DNA of 64,000 bases from contig CAWBJN010000019.1 in assembly GCA_963789155.1 (NCBI GenBank), positions 70,199-134,198 on the forward strand, in the 5' to 3' direction. Position numbers and translations under genes: made by a program. Shown here in pieces: positions 8,393-16,746 of the stretch (positions are counted from its first letter, which is position 1; each line of letters begins with the position of its first letter). The notes beneath the pieces are model-generated. The model was not told where the DNA came from. It did no database searches and worked only from the letters and a program-made list of their open reading frames with translations. The stretch is from an uncultured Alphaproteobacteria bacterium. Lineage in GTDB: Bacteria; Pseudomonadota; Alphaproteobacteria; Sphingomonadales; Sphingomonadaceae.

Positions 8393-9415
8393 TCAGCGCC
8401 GCTCGTAATCGGTCAGGCCGCTCGCCAACCGATTGCCAGACATCGCAAGCCGCGATCCGGTCCAATCGGCCAGAAATACGCTGGCCCGCTGCAAGCCCGG
8501 TACAAACCGCGCTTCATTGCCCGTCACCACCAGCCCGTCAGATGGGTGCAGCACCGTCTCTGCGCCCAAGGCGATAAAGGCAGAGTAGTTTTCTTTGTCG
8601 CGGCCTTGGATAAACCAATTGTTCGCGATGGTGCCGCGGCTGCCTGCGGGCAGGTCGATCATATAGTTGGTTGCGCTGCCAGCGGCGTCGTCAAAACTGT
8701 TGTTCTCGATCACGACATTGGCGCTGCGTGCCTTCACATAATGTCCGCCGCGCCCGCGCTCAAACCGGCTGTCACGCACAGTCAGCTCGCCGTAATTGCC
8801 GATATAAAGCGAATGTGCACAGCCAGCGGAATTTTCGCAGGTGCCAAGCCCGCTGAAGGTGGAGCGTGTGATATAGATACGGCCCGCCGGATCATTGCCG
8901 CTCAAGATACCCTGTTGGCTGTCGAGGAAACGCGTGTTGGTGACGTTAAGTACGCCCTTTTCCAGCCGGATGCCTGCGCCATTGCCATCGGGCACGCTGA
9001 TGTTGGAAAAGGTAATCCCGCGCACTTCTGCGCCCAAACCGCGCAGCACCAGCGTCGCTTTCCCCTCGCAAGCGGTGCGATCAAAGGTGACGGTGCCAAA
9101 TTCTTGAGCGGCATAGATGACCACGCCCGCCGTTTGCACCGCGCATTGGCGGTAGGTGCCCGGCGCGATCATTATCGTGCCGCGCTGATCGCCGATTGCA
9201 CTAACGGCGCCCTGCAGCGTTCCAAAACTGCGCCCGGTTTCCTCAATGGTGAACGGTCCGCCGCTTTGTGCTTTGATTGCCGAAAATGGCACCAACAGCG
9301 CCGACAGGGCCAGAATCAAGGCGAGAAACACCCAATCTAGCGAATTGGCGATACGGACCGCGAATTCCTTCGCATGGGTCGAGCGAGCTTTTGCAGGAAG
9401 TTGAACCATGCCCAT
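8393..9415 (-). CDS. Right-handed parallel beta-helix repeat protein, secreted or membrane-anchored
   Basis: Shows repeated beta-helix turns (ITFSNISVPDGNGAGIRLE.., NTRFLDSQQGILSG.., VRDSRFERGRGGHYVKARSANVVIENNSFDD). It has an N-terminal hydrophobic anchor. The start (9409, 9415 or 9481) is uncertain. Confidence 0.7.
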   Translation of the reverse strand: MGMVQLPAKARSTHAKEFAVRIANSLDWVFLALILALSALLVPFSAIKAQSGGPFTIEETGRSFGTLQGAVSAIGDQRGTIMIAPGTYRQCAVQTAGVVIYAAQEFGTVTFDRTACEGKATLVLRGLGAEVRGITFSNISVPDGNGAGIRLEKGVLNVTNTRFLDSQQGILSGNDPAGRIYITRSTFSGLGTCENSAGCAHSLYIGNYGELTVRDSRFERGRGGHYVKARSANVVIENNSFDDAAGSATNYMIDLPAGSRGTIANNWFIQGRDKENYSAFIALGAETVLHPSDGLVVTGNEARFVPGLQRASVFLADWTGSRLAMSGNRLASGLTDYERR

Positions 9416-9554
9416 TGCGCTACAACGATTCGCGCGCCCATGCTGCGCTCTCATCAGCACTGTACCGTTCCGGTGCATCAATTGGCGCTTGGCTTAACCC
9501 GGCCCAGCCCGCTACACTCGTCTTCGAATTTAAAGGATCAAGAGGAACACCCCG

Positions 9555-9887
9555 ATGAAGAAACTTGTAAATTACGCCATGCTCGGCGGCGCCATGGTGG
9601 CCTTGGCTGCATGTGGCAGCAGCGAAGATGCTTCGACCGAAGCCATGCCCGAAACGGTCGAAATGCCTGCCGACGAAGCGCTTGAGCCGATTGCCGAACA
9701 GCCTGTGGTGGACACAGGGGCACTTGGCCCTCCGGTAAATCCCGTCTCCAACGCACCCGATCCAATTACAACCGAGGCCGTCGCAGACGATGCCGCCGCA
9801 GTCGCCGACGAAGCGATTGCCGCTGCTGAAGCTGCAGAAGCCGCTATGGCCGCAGAGGCTGCTGCAGCCGCTCGGGATCAAGAATAA
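9555..9887 (+). CDS. Small acidic Ala-rich lipoprotein
   Basis: MKKLVNYAMLGGAMVALAAC lipobox. An RBS-like aggaaca lies upstream. Composition is low-complexity Ala/Glu/Asp. Confidence 0.6.
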   Translation: MKKLVNYAMLGGAMVALAACGSSEDASTEAMPETVEMPADEALEPIAEQPVVDTGALGPPVNPVSNAPDPITTEAVADDAAAVADEAIAAAEAAEAAMAAEAAAAARDQE

Positions 9888-9889
9888 TA

Positions 9890-10206
9890 ATGACGCAAAC
9901 CAAACGGATTGCTGGCGGTTCGATGATCGCATCCCTGATGCTGCTAACGGCTTGCAATCCGTCAAGCGGCAGCAGTGCACCGGGGGCGGTCAGCGAAGGC
10001 GAGGCGGCTGCGCTCGAAGATGCCGCTGAGATGCTCGACGAACGGCAGCTTCCCGAAGGTGCCCTGCCAGTCATCGGGCCAGTCATCGGGCAGTCATCGG
10101 GCCACTCACCGGGCCGCCCATTGATGCGCCGATTACCGATGAGGCACCGCAAGCGCAGGACGCGCAAGATGCCCAAGCCTTTCAAGATGAGAGTGACGCT
10201 GAATGA
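9890..10206 (+). pseudogene. Small lipoprotein with a 12-nt tandem repeat; frameshifted inside the repeat
   Basis: Lipobox LLTAC. The repeat is ccagtcatcggg x2, then an 11-nt unit (cagtcatcggg), then ccactcaccggg. After the short unit, the neighbouring frame reads AVIGPLTGPPIDAPITDEAPQAQDAQDAQAFQDESDAE* and ends in an ATGA overlap with the next gene (10203-10206). Confidence 0.6.
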
Positions 10207-11384
10207 CCATCCATCCCGGCATGGACGCCGAGACTTTCGACCAATTTGCTGAGCAGCTGGAGCGCTATGTTAAAGAGCGTCTGATACCAGCCGAGAGCGA
10301 CGTGATTGAGAATGACGCCATTCCGCCCGCCATCATTGATGAGATGCGCGAGATGGGATTGTTCGGGCTTTCAGTGCCAGAGGAATATGGCGGCGCCGGG
10401 CTGAACATGACGCAGTATGCGCGCGTCGTGAACACGATGAGCAACGCTGCGCCCGCTTACCGCTCAATCTTCTCAATCAATGTCGGGATGTTCGCCAGCG
10501 CGCTCAAAAACGGCGCAACTCAGGCGCAGCGCGACGAATGGTATCCCAAGCTGGCCGAGGGCAAAATCGCCTGTTTCGGCCTGACCGAACCGGGATCAGG
10601 CAGCGACAGCGCCGCTATGGCAACCACGGCCACGCCGGACCCCGATGGCAATGGCTGGGTTCTGAACGGAACGAAGCGCTACATCACCAACGCCCCGCAT
10701 GCCGATGTTGCCTTGATCATGGCGCGCACTGAGAAAGACGCTTTGCCCAAAAACGCTCATGTCAGTGCGTTTCTTGTGCCCATGAACACGCCGGGAGTGT
10801 CGACCGGTTCACCGGATAAGAAGATGGGGCAAGCCGGATCGCACATCTCCGATATCATGCTCGACGATGTCAGAGTGCCGGGTGACGCGCTGCTTGGCGG
10901 AGAGACCGGCAAGGGTTTCCGCTTTGCGATGCAGAGCCTCGACAATGGCCGTATTTCGGTGGGCGCGGCCGCGACCGGCTATGCCCGCCGCGCGCTGAAT
11001 TCCGCGATCCAATACGCCAATGAGCGCAAGGCCTTTGGCGAGCCCATCGCAAACTTCCAGTTGATCCAAGCGATGCTGGCAGACAGCGAGATCGAAATCT
11101 ACGCCGCTGAGGCGATGATGAAAGATGTGACTGAACGCGCAGACCGTGGCGAGAATATCCTCGTCAAAGCGGCCTCCTTCAAAGTCTTCGCATCCGAAAT
11201 GTGCGGGCGTGTGGTGGACCGGGTGGTGCAGATTTACGGCGGCGCGGGTTACCTTGCCGAATATGACGCTGAACGGTTCTACCGCGATGCGCGGATCTAC
11301 CGCATTTACGAAGGCACAACGCAGATCCTGCAGCTCCAGATCGCCAAGCATATGCTGCGCGAATGGGAAAAAGAGCACGGCTGA
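10203..11384 (+). CDS. Acyl-CoA dehydrogenase
   Basis: Full-length ACAD: FGLTEPGSGSDSAAM, GRISVGAAATG, YRIYEGTTQILQLQIAKHML. Confidence 0.92.
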   Translation: MTIHPGMDAETFDQFAEQLERYVKERLIPAESDVIENDAIPPAIIDEMREMGLFGLSVPEEYGGAGLNMTQYARVVNTMSNAAPAYRSIFSINVGMFASALKNGATQAQRDEWYPKLAEGKIACFGLTEPGSGSDSAAMATTATPDPDGNGWVLNGTKRYITNAPHADVALIMARTEKDALPKNAHVSAFLVPMNTPGVSTGSPDKKMGQAGSHISDIMLDDVRVPGDALLGGETGKGFRFAMQSLDNGRISVGAAATGYARRALNSAIQYANERKAFGEPIANFQLIQAMLADSEIEIYAAEAMMKDVTERADRGENILVKAASFKVFASEMCGRVVDRVVQIYGGAGYLAEYDAERFYRDARIYRIYEGTTQILQLQIAKHMLREWEKEHG

Positions 11385-11422
11385 TTTCGCTGCCGCACCC
11401 CAATTCGATAAGGAACACAAGC

Positions 11423-12667
11423 TTGTACAATCTCCTCAATGACCTCTCGATCATAGAGGTTTCAAGCTTCGTCGCCTCTCCCACCGCCGGGCTGTATTGC
11501 GCGCAAATGGGGGCGGAGGTTATTCGCGTCGATCACAAGGCGGGCGGGCTCGATTACGATCGATATATGCTGACCAAAGAAGGCCGCTCGCTTTCTTGGG
11601 AGAACCTCAACCGCGCCAAGAAATCGGTCGCGCTGGACCTTCGTTCTGGCGAAGGGCGAGAGCTATGCGTCGAATTGGCCGCGAAGACCGGGCAATGCAT
11701 CACCAATCTGCCGGAGAAGAGCTTCTTGAGCCACGCTGCAATGAAAGCGGCGCAACCAGATGAAGCGCCAGATATGACTTCGGTGCGGATCATGGGATGG
11801 CATGATGGGCGTCAGGCGATGGACTTCACTGTCAACGCCGCAAGCGGATATCCGCTGATGACCGGACCGGAGGAGTGGGAGATGGCTACCGCTCCGCCGG
11901 TCAATCAGGTTTTGCCTGCGTGGGATTTCATCACCGGGGCTTATTGTGCCTTTTCCTTGCTCGCCGCGCTGCGCCACCGCGATGCCTCGGGCGAAGGCAG
12001 CGAAGTGCGTGTTCCGCTGGGCGATGTGGCGATCGGGACGGTCGCCAATTCCGGCATGATGGCCGAAATGCTTTATCGCGGCGGCGACCGCCCAAGGCTC
12101 GGCAATGCGATCTGGGGGGCATTTGGACGCGATTTCCGCAGCAAAGACGGAGTACGCTTTATGGTCGCCGCTTTGACCGCGAAACAATGGGCCGGGCTGG
12201 TCGAAGCGTTTGGTGTCGCCACGCCGATGGGCCAGTTAGAGGCTGAAGTCGGCGTGAAATTCTCTGATGGCGACGACCCGCGCTTCAAACACCGCCATGC
12301 ATTGTTCGACATTTTCCAAAATGTCGCGGGCAGCCATGATTACAAAGCGTTATCCACGCGCATGGCCGCCAACGGATGCACGTTTGAGAAATATCGCACC
12401 GCGTATGAAGCGGCACGTGACCCGGAACTGGTAACAGATAACCCGCTGTTCGGACCTTCGCCCGCGAACCCATCAGGCTTCGAATATCCCGCCACCCGTT
12501 CTTTCGCCAACCTGCCCGCACAGCAGACCGGCGACCCGGCCCCCGCGCCGTATCTTGGCCAACATTCCGAAGAGGTGCTCGCCGAAAGGCTTGGGCTATC
12601 CAGCGGCGCGATTGGCAAATTGGTGGATGCCGGAACTGTGGCATTGTCTGATAAAGGTAGAGCATGA
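11423..12667 (+). CDS. Family III CoA-transferase (CaiB/BaiF type)
   Basis: LLNDLSIIEVSSFVASPTAGLYCAQMGAEVIRVD is typical of the N-terminus. TTG 11423 lies 9 nt after AAGGA. The ORF-track ATG 11363 would overlap the upstream gene. Confidence 0.85.
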   Translation: MYNLLNDLSIIEVSSFVASPTAGLYCAQMGAEVIRVDHKAGGLDYDRYMLTKEGRSLSWENLNRAKKSVALDLRSGEGRELCVELAAKTGQCITNLPEKSFLSHAAMKAAQPDEAPDMTSVRIMGWHDGRQAMDFTVNAASGYPLMTGPEEWEMATAPPVNQVLPAWDFITGAYCAFSLLAALRHRDASGEGSEVRVPLGDVAIGTVANSGMMAEMLYRGGDRPRLGNAIWGAFGRDFRSKDGVRFMVAALTAKQWAGLVEAFGVATPMGQLEAEVGVKFSDGDDPRFKHRHALFDIFQNVAGSHDYKALSTRMAANGCTFEKYRTAYEAARDPELVTDNPLFGPSPANPSGFEYPATRSFANLPAQQTGDPAPAPYLGQHSEEVLAERLGLSSGAIGKLVDAGTVALSDKGRA

Positions 12668-13890
12668 CCAGAAGAGCAGCAATCGTATCGCCCCTGCGCA
12701 CACCCGTAGGCAAATTCCTCGGCGGTTTATCCAGCTTGGGCGCAGGCGAACTGGGCGCAATCATCCTGAAAGCGCTGGTGGAGCGCAGCGGGATCGATCC
12801 AGCGCGCGTCGACGATGTCGTTTTCTCGCAAGGCTATGGCAATGCAGAGGCTCCGGCCATCGGGCACTGGTCTTGGCTCGCAGCGGGATTGCCGCTTGAA
12901 GTGCCCGGCTATCAACTGGACCGGCGCTGCGGATCAGGCCTGCAAGCGATCGCAAATGCAGCAATGATGGTTGAGACCGGCATGGCGGATGTCGTGGTTG
13001 CTGGCGGATGCGAGAGCATGTCCAATGTAGAGCATTACACACTGCAGGGGCGCGGCGGAGCGCGGATGGGCGATATTACGCTGCATGACCGCCTTTCACG
13101 CGGACGGCTCATGAGCCAGCCGATTGAGCGCTTTGGCGTGATTACCGGCATGATCGAAACGGCAGAGAACCTCGCCAAAGATTACGAGATCAGCCGCGAA
13201 GACGCAGACGCTTTTGCGGTGCGAAGCCATCAGAACGCTGCCGCCGCTTGGAAAGCAGGGAAATTCGACGCGCAATTGGTGCCGGTCGCAGTTCCGCAAA
13301 AACGCGGCGATCCGGTGATCTTCGACCATGACGAAGGCTACCGCACGGATGCTTCGCTAGAGACGCTCGCCCAATTGCGTGCGCTGGACCTGAAACGCGA
13401 CCCTGATGCGATCGTTACCGCAGGCAATGCCAGCCAACAAAACGATGCAGCGGCAGCGTGCCTTGTGGTGGCCGAAGACAAACTCGAGGAACTCGGCCTT
13501 GAGCCAAGCCTGTGGTTTGGCGGCTGGGCAGCGGCGGGCTGTGACCCGTCGCGCATGGGGATCGGCCCGGTGCCAGCGGTAGAGCGCCTGTTCGAACGGC
13601 GCGGATATACCTGGGACGATATCGGCATGGTTGAATTGAACGAGGCATTCGCCCCGCAAGTGCTCGCCGTGCTCAAAGGCTGGGGCTGGAGCGGCGATGA
13701 CAGCCGCCGCGATATTCTCAACGTCAATGGGTCGGGCATTTCGCTGGGCCACCCCATCGGCGCAACCGGCGGGCGTATTCTCGCGGACATGGCCGCCGAA
13801 ATGCACCGGCGCGAAGTCCGCTATGGTTTGGAAACAATGTGTATCGGCGGCGGTCAGGGGATCGCGGCGGTGTTTGAGCGCGCTACGTGA
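12664..13890 (+). CDS. Acetyl-CoA C-acyltransferase (thiolase)
   Basis: Active-site region LDRRCGSGLQAI, NGSGISLGHPIGATG, CIGGGQGIAAVFE. The ATGA overlap with the upstream gene suggests translational coupling. Confidence 0.9.
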   Translation: MTRRAAIVSPLRTPVGKFLGGLSSLGAGELGAIILKALVERSGIDPARVDDVVFSQGYGNAEAPAIGHWSWLAAGLPLEVPGYQLDRRCGSGLQAIANAAMMVETGMADVVVAGGCESMSNVEHYTLQGRGGARMGDITLHDRLSRGRLMSQPIERFGVITGMIETAENLAKDYEISREDADAFAVRSHQNAAAAWKAGKFDAQLVPVAVPQKRGDPVIFDHDEGYRTDASLETLAQLRALDLKRDPDAIVTAGNASQQNDAAAACLVVAEDKLEELGLEPSLWFGGWAAAGCDPSRMGIGPVPAVERLFERRGYTWDDIGMVELNEAFAPQVLAVLKGWGWSGDDSRRDILNVNGSGISLGHPIGATGGRILADMAAEMHRREVRYGLETMCIGGGQGIAAVFERAT

Positions 13891-14735
13891 GTTTTGAGCG
13901 CTGGATCGGCCGCAAACACAGCGCGAGCGACCGGCTGGGCGAAGCTCTGGCGGCGCGTTGGCTTGCAACTTTCGACCTGCCAACGCCTGACCCCGCGATC
14001 ATGCCGCAGGGTATCCACTTTGCGCTATGTACACCCGATGCGCCGACGAGCGCGCTGGGCGACGATGGCCATCCAGCGCGCGATGACAGCGACAATAGCT
14101 TCCTCCCGCCCTTCCCTATGCCGCGCAGAATGTGGGCGTCGAGCGCGATAGAATTCCGCGCACCGTTAACCGTCGGCGCGGTGATTGAGCGCACTAGCCG
14201 CGTGGCATCAATCAAGGAGAAGGTGGGGAGCAGCGGCACGCTCGCTTTCGTCAATGTTGATCATGAGACGATAGCCAATGGAACGCTGTCGGTGCTTGAG
14301 ACCCAAACGCTGGTGTACCGCGATGCAGCCGCACCAGATGCGCCGCTTAGCCCGCCAGCACGCGGTGAGGGCACCTTCGATACCTCCGTATGGGACGCGC
14401 ACCGCACCCTAACCCCCGATCCGCGCCTATTGCTGAGATATTCCGCACTCACCTTCAACACGCATCGCATTCATTACGATGCGCCTTATGCGGCGGATGT
14501 GGAGCGGTATCGCGGGCTGGTGGTGCACGGCCCGCTAACAGCGAGCCTGCTCCTGCAACTTGCTGCACGAGAACTGGGCGAGAACCGGCTGACGCATTTT
14601 GCATTTCGCGGGATGTCTCCGGCAATTGCGGGAGAGGAGCTCAACCTGGCATTGCGCAAGAGTGATGACGGATTTGAGCTAGGAGCCTTCGCTGCCGATG
14701 GCCGGCAAGTCATGTCAGCGCAGGCGCAGACCTAG
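13887..14735 (+). CDS. Double hot-dog MaoC/HTD2-like (de)hydratase (itaconyl- or mesaconyl-C4-CoA hydratase-like)
   Basis: Contains FNTHRIHYDAPYAADVERYRGLVVHGPLTASLLLQLA. The GTGA overlap with the thiolase stop makes it the last gene of the operon. Confidence 0.75.
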   Translation: MSFERWIGRKHSASDRLGEALAARWLATFDLPTPDPAIMPQGIHFALCTPDAPTSALGDDGHPARDDSDNSFLPPFPMPRRMWASSAIEFRAPLTVGAVIERTSRVASIKEKVGSSGTLAFVNVDHETIANGTLSVLETQTLVYRDAAAPDAPLSPPARGEGTFDTSVWDAHRTLTPDPRLLLRYSALTFNTHRIHYDAPYAADVERYRGLVVHGPLTASLLLQLAARELGENRLTHFAFRGMSPAIAGEELNLALRKSDDGFELGAFAADGRQVMSAQAQT

Positions 14736-14935
14736 TTTTGATCCTTCTTAGGACGGCCGCGCTTTGCTGGCTTTGACCTTTCCAACTTGATACCCCTTGC
14801 CGCCAAGCCCTCGCGCAGCAACATCTCGATCTCCGCATTGGCAGAGCGCAACTCGGCGGCCGCGAGACGTTCTACCGCCGCGTGAACCGCCGGGTCGAGC
14901 CTCAGCGCAAAAGCTTTTTTGGTAGGTGCAGCTAT
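14732..14935 (-). CDS. Arc/MetJ-type ribbon-helix-helix DNA-binding protein (about 67 aa), not in the ORF track
   Basis: Hand translation gives (I)AAPTKKAFALRLDPAVHAAVERLAAAELRSANAEIEMLLREGLAARGIKLERSKPAKRGRPKKDQN*. AGGAGG lies 5 nt upstream of ATA 14935. There is no ATG/GTG/TTG between the in-frame TAG and the conserved beta-strand. Confidence 0.65.
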   Translation of the reverse strand: MAAPTKKAFALRLDPAVHAAVERLAAAELRSANAEIEMLLREGLAARGIKLERSKPAKRGRPKKDQN

Positions 14936-14957
14936 GGCTGCCTCCTATGGTTGCGGA

Positions 14958-15851
14958 TTACTGGTAAAGCGTTCCGGCGTTCACAACCGGTTGCGCTTCG
15001 CGGTCCCCGCACAGCACCACCATCAGATTGGAAACCATCGCCACGCGGCGTTCGTCGTCAAGTTCGACAATGCCGTCCTTGGACAATTTTTCGAGCGCAT
15101 CTTCGACCATGCCCACCGCGCCAATAACGATTTTCTTGCGCGCCGCGATGACCGCGTCGGCCTGTTGGCGGCGGAGCATCGCGCCTGCGATTTCAGAAGC
15201 ATAGGCAAGGTGGGTGAGGCCCGCTTCATCGACGACAATACCCGCGACCATCAAACGTTCATTGAGCTCATCGCGCAGCTCGCTCGCGACGACTTCGGCG
15301 CTGCCGCGCAGGGTCGTTTCGTCTTCGTCCGACATGTCGTCATAGGGATGGCGAGCTCCGACCGTGCGCAACCCTGCCTCGATCTGGATGTTCACGAACT
15401 CTTTGTAATCGTCGACATCGAACACCGCCTGCGCTGTGTCAGACACACGCCACACGACATTACATGCGATTTCGATAGGGTTGCCGCGCAGGTCGTTAAT
15501 CTTGACCTTTTCCGAATGGATGTTGTGCGCGCGGACGCTAACCTTTTGCTTCATCATCCACGGCCAAACCCAGTGCAGACCGTCTTTGCGAACTGTGCCG
15601 CGATATTCGCCGAACATCGTAATGACCGCTGCCTGATTGGGCTGGATCATGAAAAAACCGATGCTCAATAATAGGGACATTACCAATCCCGCGATTACGC
15701 CGATGACTATCGCGGGTTTCACACCAGTCGATAGGCCGAGAGCCGCCGGTATTATCAGCGCCGCCAGCACCACGGCAAGCATGATGTATCCATTGTATAC
15801 GGTCGCCTCGTTTTCGCGGCTGACCGCCATTGCATGCAAATTGTCAGACAT
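14958..15851 (-). CDS. SPFH/band-7 domain membrane protein
   Basis: Two N-terminal TM segments, then the SPFH core ([29 protein letters not shown]...[22 protein letters not shown]). Confidence 0.85.
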   Translation of the reverse strand: MSDNLHAMAVSRENEATVYNGYIMLAVVLAALIIPAALGLSTGVKPAIVIGVIAGLVMSLLLSIGFFMIQPNQAAVITMFGEYRGTVRKDGLHWVWPWMMKQKVSVRAHNIHSEKVKINDLRGNPIEIACNVVWRVSDTAQAVFDVDDYKEFVNIQIEAGLRTVGARHPYDDMSDEDETTLRGSAEVVASELRDELNERLMVAGIVVDEAGLTHLAYASEIAGAMLRRQQADAVIAARKKIVIGAVGMVEDALEKLSKDGIVELDDERRVAMVSNLMVVLCGDREAQPVVNAGTLYQ

Positions 15852-15865
15852 AAATACCCCCTCAT

Positions 15866-15895
15866 TGATATAATTATGATATCGTAATTATATCA
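15866..15895. promoter_or_regulatory. 30-bp AT-rich near-perfect palindrome upstream of the SPFH gene (candidate operator)
   Basis: tgatataatta-t-gatatc-g-taattatatca has perfect 11-bp arms and a GATATC centre; 28 of 30 positions are symmetric. It lies 15-44 nt upstream of ATG 15851. Confidence 0.5.
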
Positions 15896-15909
15896 GAGAA
15901 AGCATGCTG

Positions 15910-16713
15910 TCAATCAGACTCCATGGGATAATTACTGATCGGCTTGAGCACCGAATAGCTTTCCGCCTTCAGATCATTCCTCATTTCGGGAAACTCAATC
16001 GGCTCCGGCTCGACATGCATATCGGGCATTCGGTCCAGAAGATCGCGGATCAGCGTCAACCGCCCCCGTTTCTGATCGTTGAAATCGACTAATGTCCACG
16101 GCGCATGGTCGTAATGCGTGGCCTTCAACATCGTTGCGCGCGCATCCGTATAGGCATCGTACTTCTCGCGCGCGGCAAGGTCGATTGGTGACAATTTCCA
16201 GCGTTTGAGCGGATCTTCGAGCCGTTCGCGCAGCCGCGCTTCCTGATTTTTCTGATCCGTGGTCAGCCAATATTTGAACAGGAAAATGCCATCATCGGTC
16301 AGCAGCTTTTCAAACACCGGCACTTGCTCAAGGAACTTGGCAACCTGATCATCGTCAGCATAGCCCATGACCTTCTCAACCCCGGCGCGGTTGTACCAAG
16401 AGCGATCAAAAAGTACGATTTCGCCTGCATGGGGAAGATGCGCGATGTAGCGCTGAAAATACCACTGCGTCAGTTCGTCTTCGCTGGGTTTGGTCAAAGC
16501 AACCGTGCGGCATTGGCGCGGGTTCAGCTTGTCACGCACAGCGCGGATCGCGCCGCCTTTGCCCGCAGTATCGCGCCCCTCAAACAGAACCACGATCCGC
16601 GCCCCGGTGGACCGCGCCCACCGCGCCATACCGACCAGTTCTTCCGTCATCGACTCCAATGCCTTGCGGTATTCCTTGCCCTTTATCCCCATCAGTCGTG
16701 AATCCTTCGCCAT
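15910..16713 (-). CDS. ppk2: Polyphosphate kinase 2
   Basis: Contains VVLFEGRDTAGKGGAIRAV (Walker A-like), FDRSWYNRAGVEKVMGY and HAPWTLVDFNDQKRGRL. The start was chosen at MAKDSRLMG (16713); the ORF track extends it 73 codons upstream. Confidence 0.9.
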   Translation of the reverse strand: MAKDSRLMGIKGKEYRKALESMTEELVGMARWARSTGARIVVLFEGRDTAGKGGAIRAVRDKLNPRQCRTVALTKPSEDELTQWYFQRYIAHLPHAGEIVLFDRSWYNRAGVEKVMGYADDDQVAKFLEQVPVFEKLLTDDGIFLFKYWLTTDQKNQEARLRERLEDPLKRWKLSPIDLAAREKYDAYTDARATMLKATHYDHAPWTLVDFNDQKRGRLTLIRDLLDRMPDMHVEPEPIEFPEMRNDLKAESYSVLKPISNYPMESD

Positions 16714-16746
16714 TTGTCCTTGTGTCTGCGCCACGGTAGTATCAAA

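Noticed and set aside
14919-15671. Other long shadow ORFs antisense to clear genes: 14919..15671, 20390..21214, 23541..24371, 25645..26538, 27394..28170, 8546..9340, 42264..43088, 43031..43789, 54905..55615, 60449..61222, 28064..28585
   Set aside because: Each lies opposite or out of frame to a gene with unmistakable family motifs, and each shows the low-complexity Arg/His/Ala/Gly bias of non-coding frames.
15866-15895. The 30-bp palindrome considered as a chromosome dimer-resolution (dif) site
   Set aside because: dif sites have two 11-bp arms around a 6-bp spacer with a conserved ..CATAA / TTATG.. core. Here the spacer is 8 bp and the arms lack that core. The position just upstream of a start codon fits an operator better.
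16714-16746. ATG 16714 as the phhA start, placed back-to-back with the ppk2 ATG at 16713
   Set aside because: It would leave zero intergenic space for two divergent promoters, and the first 11 residues (MSLCLRHGSIK) are unconserved-looking. Met 16747 or 16756 is more plausible, although neither has been verified.
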